Shown one piece after another: positions 53,938-64,000 of a stretch of 64,000 nucleotides of DNA. The notes below the pieces were generated by a model. That model was not told the origin of the DNA. It did not search any database and saw only the letters and a program-made list of their open reading frames with translations. Source of the DNA: Octopus vulgaris (Eukaryota); the NCBI GenBank assembly GCA_951406725.2, contig OX597829.1:52204001-52268000 (forward strand). The letters are read 5' to 3'. A program made the position numbers and the translations under genes. Position 1 is the stretch's first letter, and each line of letters opens with the position of its first letter.

Positions 53938-55125
53938 AGGGAGCTCTTACCTCTGTTGGTGACTAAAGGCCTCTTGCTCAGAGTAAAAGGCAGACTGTAT
54001 GATGCATGTGTACGAACAGCCATGCTACATGGCAGTGAAACATGGGCCGTGACTGCTGAGGACATGCGTAAGCTCGCGAGAAATGAAGCTAGTATGCTCC
54101 GTTGGATGTGTAATGCCAGTGTTCATAGTCGACAGAGTGTAAGTACCTTGAGAGAAAAGTTGGACCTAAGAGGAATCAGATGTTGTGTGCAAGAGAGACG
54201 ATTGCGCTGGTATGGTCATGTGGTGAGAATGGATGAAGATAGGTGTGTGAAAAAGTGCCACACCCTGGCAGTTGAGGGAACCTGTGGAAGAGGTAGACCC
54301 AGGAAAACCTGGGTCGAGGTGGTGAAGCACGACCTTCGAACTCTAGGTCTCACCAAGGAAATGACCAGAGACCGAGACCTATGGAAGTATGCTGTGCGGG
54401 AGAAGACCCGGCAAGACCAGTGAGAACAATCAAAATCAAATCATATATCAGAAAGCAGGGGTTAAGTGACCCATCCGTTCGTGTCCGCTGTCAGCCTCGT
54501 CTGGCACCCGTGCCGGTGATACGTAAAAGCACCATTCGCTCGTGGCCGTTTGCCAGCTCTGTCTGGCCCCCGTGTCGGTGGCACGTAAAAGCACCATCCG
54601 TTCGTGTTCGTTGCCAGCCTCGCCTGGCCCCGTGCCGGTGACACGTAAAAGCACCGTCCGTTGGTGGCCGTTTGCCAGCTCTGTCTGGCCCCGTGTCGGT
54701 GGCATGTAAAAGCACCATCCGTTCGTGTCTGTTGCCAGCCTCGGCTGGCCCCCGTGCCGGTGACACGTAAAAGCACCATCCGTTCATGGCCGTTTGCCAG
54801 CTCTGTCTGGCCCCGTGTCGGTGGCACGTAAAAGCACCATCCGTTCGTGTCCGTTGCCAGCATCGCCTGGCCCCGTGCCAGTGACACGTAAAAGCACCAT
54901 CCGTTCGTGGCTGTTCGCCAGCTCTGTCTGGCACCTGTGCAGGTGGCACGTAAAAAACACCCACTACACTCGCGGAGTGGTTGGCGTTAGGAAGGGCATC
55001 CAGCCGTAGAAACACTGCCAGATCTGACTGGGTCTGACGAAGCCTCCCAGCTTCACAGACCCCAGTTGACCCGTCCAACCCATGCTAGCATGGAAAGCGG
55101 ACGCTAAATGATGATGATGATGATA
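53938..55125 (+). mobile_element. 5'-truncated RTE LINE: RT C-terminal ORF to 54423, repeat-containing 3' UTR, (GAT)n tail
   Basis: KGRLYDACVRTAMLHGSETW...RRLRWYGHVVRM...GRGRPRKTW, typical RTE-clade C-terminus; intact reading frame. Confidence 0.92.
54470..54955 (+). repeat. About 60-bp tandem repeat, about eight units of alternating A/B type, inside the RTE 3' UTR
   Basis: GCACCATCCGTTCGTG...GCCAG..CTGGCCCCGTGYCGGTGRCACGTAAAA units. Confidence 0.9.
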
Positions 55126-55774
55126 TCTCTATTCTTTTTCTCTCTTGCGTGTATGTGACAGGAATCATCATCATTTAGCGTCCGCTTTCCATGCTAGCAT
55201 GGGTTGGACGGTTCAACTGGGGTCTGTGAAGTCAGAAGACTGCACCAGGCCCAGTCTGATCTGGCAATGTTTCTACAGCTGGATGCCCTTCCTAACGCCA
55301 ACCACTCCGTGAGTGTAGTGGGTGCTTTTTATGTGCCACCCGCACAGGTGCCAGATGGAGCTGGCAAATGGCCACGAACGGATGATGCTTTATACGTGCC
55401 ACCGGCACGGGGGCCAGGCGAGGCTGGTAACGGCCACGAACGGATGGTGCTTTTTAAGGCACGCTATGTGAAGATTTAACGCTAAGTGGATAAATTCTTT
55501 GACTGCTCATGTCTGCTACATCAGCTTCTTATTCTTGGTCCATATTTGAAGAAGCATTTCATTGTGTCTGCTGGCAGGACACTGAATTTTATGATGCTAG
55601 AAATGGGCAGCACATCTTTGGAAATGTTATGTTGTAATAAGAATGGTGTCCTGTTTTGTGTGTTTAGTTTGGGGCTAAACATCTACTTCATTTCTTCTTA
55701 TGCTGATCCTTATCATTAGGTGTATGCCTGCAATGAGAGATACAGTGAATGTTTTTTTTTTTTTTTTTTCTTAA

Positions 55775-55956
55775 CCCTTTAGCATATCCAGTCCAAATAT
55801 TCCACTTTTGCATGTTGTAACTGACCAGATCTAGCCTCTCACACTTACCTGACAATATCATTGAAATCTCATAGCTACAAGATAAAGCATGATTAATTCA
55901 AAACAATGTGAATAAATAAGCATTATATTTGACAGAAAAATGTGAATGCTTAAGGG
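55775..55956. mobile_element. piggyBac-type MITE, same family as 42108
   Basis: TTAA|CCCTTTAGCAT...ATGCTTAAGGG|TTAA. Confidence 0.75.
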
Positions 55957-56499
55957 TTAAACTGATATCTTGCGGGAACATTCAAGTCTTTGATTAAACT
56001 AAATTTCACTCAAATCATCTGTCTCTCTCTCTCTCTCTCTCTATACATATATATATATATATATATATCATCACCATCATCATCATTTAACATCCGTTCT
56101 CCATGCTGGTATGGGTTGGATGGTTCAACTGGGGTCTGGGAAGCCAGAAGACTGCACCAGGCTCCAGTCTGATCTGGCAGTGTTTTTACGGCTGGATGCC
56201 CTTCCTAACGCCAACCACTCCATGAGTGTAGTGGTTGCTTTTACGTGCCACCGGCACACACACACATGTATATAAATTAGAGAAGAACCACCATGAAGCA
56301 ATTCAACAATGATATACTTAAATCATACCATATAGAAAAAAATTAAAGCTACGATAAAACATTTACCTAAAACTAAATATATGTACATGTATTATATGTT
56401 GTGAAATTTGATTTAGTATTACTAAATTAAATTTTTCCCTGTAAGTTTGTAATCATATTCCCTAATATTATTATCATTATATATATATATATATGATGA

Positions 56500-56790
56500 T
56501 GGATGATGGACTCTCACGTTGTTAGACAACGTATGAGGGTTCAACAATTTCTTGCTGAACAACCACACAGGTGATTTGTTTATAGTGATCAAATGTTTGT
56601 GTTGACATAAGCTCACTCCCTCCATCAAATCGACATTACCTGTACAGGTGCAACAGGTGTCAGATGACTAAATGATCACAGAGCAACGTGAAATGGAGTG
56701 CTTTGCTCAAGAATGCAACGCTAGGTCTGGGAATTGAACCCATGATCTCGCAATTATGATTGCAACACCTTAACCACTATGCCATATGCT
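56500..56790 (-). mobile_element. Old tRNA-derived SINE fragment
   Basis: Reverse-strand head GCATATGGCATAGTGGTTAAGG...GGTTCAATTCCCAG; TTGAGCAAAGCAC core. Confidence 0.6.
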
Positions 56791-56792
56791 TT

Positions 56793-56841
<49 letters not shown>

Positions 56842-58299
56842 TGTGTGTGTGTTTTGAGTGTGATATGAAAAGATGTGCAAAACGTGCTCAATACATACAG
56901 CAAAGTTTATATCCTAAGTTACTTCATCATTGTTTAACATCCGTTTTCCATGCTAGCATGGGTTGGATGGTTTGACTAGGGTCTGGGAAGCCAGGAGGAT
57001 GCGCCAGGCTCCAGTCTGACCTGGCAGTGTTTCTACAGCTGGATGCCCTTCCTAACGCCAACCACTCCGTGAGTGTAGTGGGTTTGTTTTACATGCCACC
57101 AACACAGGGGCCAGAGGAGGCTGGCAAACGGCTATGATCAGTTGGTGCTTTTTACGTGTCACCGACACAGATGCCAGTCAGGCAGCGTTGGCATCGGCCG
57201 TGTTTGGATGGTGCTTTTTACATGCCACTGGCACGGGTATCACAACTTCAATTTCCATTTGATTTTTATTTTGATGTTGATGTACTTGACTCAATAGGTC
57301 TCCTCAAGCACAGCAGGTCACCCTACAATCCAAGGTTAGCACAGCAGGCCGTCCTGCGAGCCATGAACTCACTTCATTTGTCGGGTCTTCGCAGTCACAG
57401 CATATCTCAGAGGTATCTGAGAAAATGCTTTGATCACAGTTTCTTCATGCTTATTTTTGTAAAGTGTGTGTGATTGATATATCTGCAATTTGTGTGAGAG
57501 TATGGTTTAATAAATGCATTTGTCACCATTCTTCCAACAAACTCAAACCCATTCAAATTGCAATAAGTCAGTTAAACCAGTGTGAAAAGAAACAACTGAA
57601 GTTAATTCAGGTTCAAATGATTGTGTGTGTTTGCAGGGTCTACTTGGTATCTGAGTTTGCCATCAAGTGAATTTTGTGTTGTTTACATAAGTAAAGTAAT
57701 AATATTTGTAGAAAAGCTTAGCGGTATTTTGCCTGCCGCTACGTTCTGTGTTCATATTCCACCGAGGTCAACTTAGCCTTTCATCCTTTCGGGGTCGATT
57801 AAATAAGTACCAGTTACGCACTGGGGTCGATGTAATTGACTTAATCCCTTTGTCTGTCCTTGTTTGTCCCCTCTATGTTTAGCCCCTTGTGGGCAATAAA
57901 GAAATAAGTAAAGCTGTGATAGCCATTTTAAAAAACAAACACACACACACACACACACATTGCTATATCCACTTTATTTTATTTTGTAAAAGTACTTTGT
58001 GTCAAAGTCTTTTCTTGTCTTTAAATCTATAACCTTGGTCTGTGGAAAGTGTATTCTTTTGTATCCAATGTGTTACAGTGGAATAACAAGAACAGCCAAG
58101 TGGTAGATAAAGGCCAAAAGGCTTTGATAATGGCTTTGTTTATTATGGTGATGGTGTTTCGTTTAGAGCACGTGATCTCACATCAAATCTGTTGCCAAAC
58201 AAGCACAGTATTAGTGACATTTTTCCCCACATCTTGCTCACTTCCAACTATTACAATCTTAATTTTATGTCATGTTGCATAGATTTCTTTCCAGCTTTC

Positions 58300-58412
58300 A
58301 ATTATTATTATTATTATTATTATTATTATCAATAATAATAATAATAACAATTATCATTGTTAATGATAATAATAATAAAAATTATCATTATTAATGATAA
58401 TAATAATAATAA
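58300..58412. repeat. (ATT)n/(AAT)n compound microsatellite
   Basis: Visible trinucleotide tracts in opposite orientations; other SSRs include (TA)n at 849, 33035, 43865 and 49406, and (AAT)n at 26865. Confidence 0.9.
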
Positions 58413-58722
58413 TTTGTTTATTGAAGTACTGATTTAACTTTTATGTTTTTTGTTTGTTTTTTTCTGGTGGTTGGGGCAAATTAAATTTTTCTGCATATTT
58501 CATTTGTTGTTCCCTTCATCTTTGTCTATTATTAGCCTACTAACAATTTTTCCCCCTCAGGCATATTAATCTTATCTCATAGTTTTTAACATTTGTTTGT
58601 TTGTTCTTGTTTTGTTTCTTTGATAGATTTCTTTCAGTAGTTTTTGTTTGTTTGTTTTATTTTTTTCAGGTGATTTCTTTCCAGTTTCTTTTAAAATTAG
58701 TCTTTATTTTTGTACATTTTAG

Positions 58723-58851
58723 GAGTGTTTGCGAAGCTAAATATGGAGCAGCTCCCAATGTCCGTTTGAATGGCCATCTGAATGTAACATTTCCATATAT
58801 AGCACCTCCGCTTGATTACATTTTAGGTGAAATTCTGAAGAATTCCATGAG
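58723..58851 (+). CDS. BCKDK: BCKDK exon ([43 protein letters not shown]), GHKL N box
   Basis: ttttag|G...AG|gtaagg; 129 bp, phase 2/2; EILKNSMR N-box. Confidence 0.97.
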
Positions 58852-59864
58852 GTAAGGTTTTGTTTTGGTCATTTTTCTGTGTATTTATCTCATGTCCCTT
58901 TTTTCCCTGTTGTATAGGGTTGGACTGATTTACAAATTTTGTACCAGCTTATCTACCCCCCCCCCCCTCTCGATCATACCTCATCATTTCATCTTGTAAC
59001 CTGAATATCATTTCTCAGTGGTTTATTACATCTCATGTTTTCTTTTGAATTATTCTTTCAGCTAGTTATTGAGATGTTCTTGCAACTCATGATTTCTGTA
59101 TAATTATGTGGTTAGTGTCATTGCTGCTATGGTTGTTGTTGTTGTTGTTTTTTTTTTTATATTTAGCCAATTTGCTGTAATTAAATAGAGGAGTATTTTT
59201 TTAAAAAAATGAAAGGTAGGTAATCATACTCCAAACTTTACTTGTTAAGACATTTTAGTTTAATTATAATTCAGACCAGACTACCCAGAATAAAAGAGTT
59301 ACTTATTCAAGTTAGCTAACTCTATCTTGTCTTGCTGATACATTTACACTGATAGAGACAAATCCAATCAATTCACATGCTTAATAAGTTTAGTTGTCTT
59401 TCTTACTGTATCAGTTATTATATTTTACATGCAACTTGCAGTGCAGGACATCCCTGCATCAGCTGTCAGTGACAGGTCTTTGTTGTTTCAGCACTTTCCA
59501 TGGTGTTGTTTGTTTCTCTGTCAGTACAGAGCAGCATTGATCTTACCAAAGACTGAATATAATCAAATACCATTAGTATTATAATGATAATGACTTAAAT
59601 TACTTGTGTCAGTCTTCTACAGCAGGGTTTGGGCTTAGCAATTTGTCGTTTCCATTATTCAACAAAAATTCTATGACATACTTTTTCATATCTCTGTATT
59701 TGAATCTTTTGTGTTTCTTATTGATAAATTAAGTACTAGGTTTTTTTTCTCTGGTTGATTTAACTGACTAAACTTCTTTACTATATATTTCTGGCCTTGT
59801 GGCAATTTAGATTAAAAAACAGAAATCATTGTTGTTATATAATCTTTCTTGTTTATTTTTATAG

Positions 59865-59954
59865 AGCAACTGTGGAAAGTCACTTAGATAATTTGAATCA
59901 TCTCCCTGACATTGTCGTGACCATTTCTAATAATGATGTAGATTTTGTTATCAG
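59865..59954 (+). CDS. BCKDK: BCKDK exon ([30 protein letters not shown])
   Basis: atag|A...AG|gttagt; 90 bp, phase 2/2. Confidence 0.96.
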
Positions 59955-60070
59955 GTTAGTGACTTAAATGCATACCTTTTTCTTTCTTTCTTGTTTTTTC
60001 TTCAATGTATATCACACTATCCCATCATCTTTTAGTTGTTTCCTTCTAATTGTTGCTTTTCAATTTTCAG

Positions 60071-60235
60071 AGTCTCTGATAGGGGAGGTGGCATTCTTCA
60101 TTCCATTGTCAAGAAAGTGTTTGAATACAGTTTTACAACCAGTGGCAATATAACAGATGACCGAGTTGATGGTGGTTTATTTGGTACTATAACTCAGTCA
60201 GATTACACTGGTCCTGCTCCAGGTTCAATGCATGG
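60071..60235 (+). CDS. BCKDK: BCKDK exon (VSDRGGGILHSIVKKVFEYSFTTSG...PAPGSMH-G), G1 box and ATP lid
   Basis: ttttcag|A...GG|gtgagt; 165 bp; SDRGGG G1 box. Confidence 0.97.
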
Positions 60236-61638
60236 GTGAGTGCATGTTATATTTATTATATATTTATTATAGAAAATGATAGGATGTAGAAAGCAGCAGG
60301 CTGGCAACTTGCTCAACTGTAAACAGTATGATTGACTATAGCAAAGTAGTAATAATAAATATTTTTTTTTTATATAACATATTACAGCCTGTAAACTTAT
60401 GAGATAGTCTCTTGCTGAAGTCAGTCCACTGCTGGACTAGAAGTATTTCTGCAAACTTGCTTGATGATGCAGTTCTGACTTATTTACAGTGTTTACCTGT
60501 GCTGATATTTAAAACATTTTTAAGATGAAATTTTATGTGTACTAAAAGCATGTTTATATACTTAATAGATTTAAACCGGCCATATCCGGCCAAAAGTATT
60601 CTGCCTATTTTATGTTCAAACTGGCCAGATCTGGTCTCTCACACCAACCCTACAATATCGTTTTAAAAGTTAACAGCTACCTCATCAAAATCTCATAGCT
60701 ACAAGATAATGCGTAATTAGTTCAAAACAAGGTGGATAAAAGAGCATTAATTTTGGCAGATTAATGCGAACACTAAAGGATTAAACATTATTTGAGTTTA
60801 TAATATTGAATTTTCTGTATGTGACAATGACATTGCTGTGAATATTTTTATTTTTTGCAATCTGAGAAATTCTAATTTACTTCCAATATAGGCGTCAAAT
60901 TGATAGTTATCGTGCTGGATGGAGAGCTTAATAGTAGTCACCTTTGTCGTCTTTTGTCTGTTTTTGGTAAAAGTGTACCAACAGCAAGTCAATGGATTGG
61001 TAGAACTGAAAGATTGCCAAGCTGGATGTTTTGTTGTATTTGTTCTGGCTGGCATTTTTGCATTCTGAGTTCAAATCTTGCTATGGCCTACTCAGGTGTA
61101 GACTTAACCCTTAGTTTCGTTAAACACCATCTCCTGATACCTTAAGTGCCTTTAACTGAACTTATTCTATTGCAAGCATCCAGGTTGAGCTTCTGGTTTG
61201 AGGATACCTTCTATTCACTTCTTCCACCAGTCTTGAAGGCCATGTTACACATCTTGGTTGCTGCCTTCCCTCTTTACTAAAAGATTAAGAAATAGAGAGA
61301 GGGAGAATTACCTCAAAATATTTTGAAGAAATTGGCTTATAGGCTCTTACTGAAAGTAGTTTAGAACTGAGTAAAAAGCACTAGTGCTGGTGCCATGTAA
61401 AAAGCACCCAGTACACTGTAAAATGGTTGGCATTAGGAAGGAAATCCAGTTGTAGAAATCAAGCCAAAACAGACAATTAGAGTCTGGTGTGCAGCTCTCC
61501 AGCTTACCATTTTCTGTCAAATTGTCCAACCTATGCCAGCATAGAAAATGGATGTTAAATTATGATATTGATAATGATGATATCAGTCCAGTCATGTAGT
61601 TAAGTTATTGGACAGAAATTGCTAAATAGTTACCTTAA

Positions 61639-61860
61639 CCCTTTCATTACCAACCCAGCTGAAACCGGCTCTGGCTCTGTAGTACAAATGTTTTGTTTTC
61701 ATAAGTTTTGAATTAAAATTTTCCACTAAACATTAGTCACAAGTTATGTTCCTAACACTAGCTTGATGATAACTTAAGTTATTTTACTAAATTCTTTGTT
61801 ATATTTTAAATGATTGAAAGAAACTCAGAGCATCTCAAAATAAATACGGTAACGAAAGGG
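61639..61860. mobile_element. piggyBac-type MITE, second family
   Basis: TTAA TSD; TIR CCCTTTCATTACC / GGTAACGAAAGGG. Confidence 0.8.
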
Positions 61861-62113
61861 TTAATAGATTTTTAATAAATGATTCGGTATTTATATTATG
61901 TTGCTAACATAATGTCTCGTTGTGTCTTTGGGTATGGTAACTTGTTGCAATCAGCAGTCTGGTAATACTTGCCAAAAATTGATACTTGTACATTGCACAT
62001 AATTTGAATCAGACATGTTCAGCAGCTTTTATCTTGGACAGCTGATTCAAATCTTCAAAAAATATTCATTTTAAATAAACAAGGCATGTTATACTATGTA
62101 CATTCTTTTACAG

Positions 62114-62258
62114 ATATGGATTTGGATTGCCCTGCTCAAAAGCTTACTCAGAATATCTTGGTGGACAACTGACCCTGGAAACATTACAAGGAATTGGCAC
62201 TGATGTTTATCTTCGATTGAGGCATGTAGATGGAAAACGGGAAAGTTTCCGGATCTAG
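62114..62258 (+). CDS. BCKDK: BCKDK last coding exon ([47 protein letters not shown])
   Basis: ttacag|A...TAG; G2 box GYGFGLP; BCKDK-type C-terminus ending ESFRI. Confidence 0.97.
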
Positions 62259-62461
62259 ATGATTTTTTTTTTCGTCTCATTTCCTTTTTTGAATTTCTGG
62301 CTGACCTTTTTCTTTTTTTTTCTTTTCTTTTTTTTTTTTTTTTTTCCCCATTCGTTAGATAGTCAGTCAACTATAATTAAAAATATATATGTGTGATGGG
62401 CCAGTTTTATGGTATTGATCAGTGGATTATAGCAGAAAAAGATATTGTGTGATACACTATG

Positions 62462-62623
62462 AATAAAATGCAAAATAATGCTTTTAAATCGAAGAGAAAA
62501 CAATTTTGCAAAATAGAGTGTAAAGTTGATTGTGTCTCTTAAAATTTAAAATAAAATAAAAAAGAATTTGAAAAACAATAAACAAAGCTGGCAAACTATT
62601 TTTTGCCAATTAAATTGAATAAA
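62462..62623 (+). terminator. Cluster of AATAAA polyadenylation signals in the BCKDK 3' UTR
   Basis: AATAAA at about 62462, 62550-62560, 62577 and 62618, downstream of the stop; the site actually used is unknown. Confidence 0.5.
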
Positions 62624-62687
62624 AAAATACTCATTTTATTATCCTGAATTGTATTATTTTTTTTATGCATTGTAATGCATAATTGAT

Positions 62688-62721
<34 letters not shown>

Positions 62722-64000
62722 TACAACTTTTCTTTTTAGCAAAAATAATTGTAAGGATTTCTTGTAAAAAAAAAAATACAGATAACTTCTCGAAAAGAAA
62801 AAAAAAATTGCTACACAGGGAAGTTTGTGACAAAACAGAAAAAGTATTAAAATCTTACGAAAAACTTAGTAAAAAAGATTGGTTCAACTTGAGTAAGTAA
62901 AAAAAACCTTTTGAAACATAAACACTTCAAAATTTAAAGGACTCATAGGGAGTCAGAAACAGGAAGAAATTAGTTTTGGTTCTTATGAATCAAGTATAAT
63001 GAAATGTGTAGAATTTAAAAGAAAGAAGTCAGTATTTGTGTTGTTGCAAGTAAGTGTATGAATTTAGTAATAGAAAATCTTGTAAAGATTTTAGTGTGTA
63101 CATGTGAAGTACACTAAGAACTATAATTTTCAAAAAAATGTGTTATGATTTTAAAATCTATTTAACTTTCAAAGTAGTAATTGCTAAGGAAATATATTTG
63201 TTTTTATTAGGTAGGTGTGTGTCAAGGGCATTTAAAATTAATTTTAAAAAAAAACAACAAAAAACACCACAGTTGTACAATTTTGATAAAGCTCTTTTGG
63301 TTTGCATGCAAACTATTATTAGCATCACTTCTTTGTTCCTTTATGTTATTACTTACTTTCTGCATTGGAGAGTCGTTTTAGTCAGATGTGAAGTTTAGAA
63401 ACATTCACCTTTTATTTTAACCGTTTCACTTCTTATAATTGGTTGAGCACAGCTGAGAAATGCACCTGCCCTTGTCTGAGCTGCTGAAATTGGTAGGAGA
63501 AAGCAAGTTATCTTAAAGCTGGAGTCTTTACCAAAAATGCTTGCAATAGTAAACTTTCTCCTCTAGGTACTCTAAGATCAAGTGATAGCATTAAAACAGG
63601 TGATGGTCTAACTCTTTAGCATTCAGATTGCTCTATCAAATGTAATGCTTATTTATTCACATTGTTTTGGAATTAATCCTGCATTATCTCATAGCTTTGA
63701 GATTGCAATGATTTGTTTATTTTCAAAATGACATTGTAGGGTAGGTGTGAGAGGCTGGATCTGGCTGGTTTGAACATAAAACTGGTAGAATATTTGGACT
63801 AGATATGGCAAGTTTAAATGCTAAACAGTTAAGTCTACTACAGAAAAAGAATGTAAAGAGTATTTCTTGTGAATTTATAGCATATTTAAGAATATATGGC
63901 CTGTAACTTCACTATTTAATCAACTTAACTCACTGGTCCTTCAAGTATCACTAATAATAGTGTGTGATATTGTATGTTATCTTTTTCAACATTGTTACAA

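Noticed and set aside
54470-54955. CRISPR-like regular repeat array
   Set aside because: No unique spacers, eukaryotic context, and it lies inside an RTE 3' UTR
54381-55479. Long ORFs of 70-195 aa on both strands
   Set aside because: Translations of GC-rich tandem repeats and RTE UTR, recurring at every repeat copy (MDGSTGV...)

Overview
AT-rich, repeat-dense animal genomic DNA; the SINE and RTE repeat families look like those of Octopus, so a cephalopod origin is inferred. One + strand protein-coding gene spans most of the window: mitochondrial branched-chain alpha-ketoacid dehydrogenase kinase (BCKDK). Ten GT-AG exons from 18696 to the stop at 62258 splice in frame into 349 codons plus stop. 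The N-terminal exon(s) could not be identified. The introns hold RTE and CR1 LINE 3' fragments, several tRNA-derived SINE families, two decayed maT/Tc1-mariner elements, piggyBac/hAT/Tc1 MITEs and microsatellites. The most unusual signal is a set of Penelope-type minimal hammerhead ribozyme (HHR) motifs. Four are linear copies, at about 9555, 20898, 32904 and a weak one at 43950. Three more sit inside long fold-back palindromes (17588-17879, 47801-48125, 49452-49740) with no obvious similarity outside the motif, and each carries an outward-pointing HHR-like motif in both arms. Two of these show a U3-A8 core in place of C3-G8. Ribozyme activity is untested and several copies are clearly decayed.
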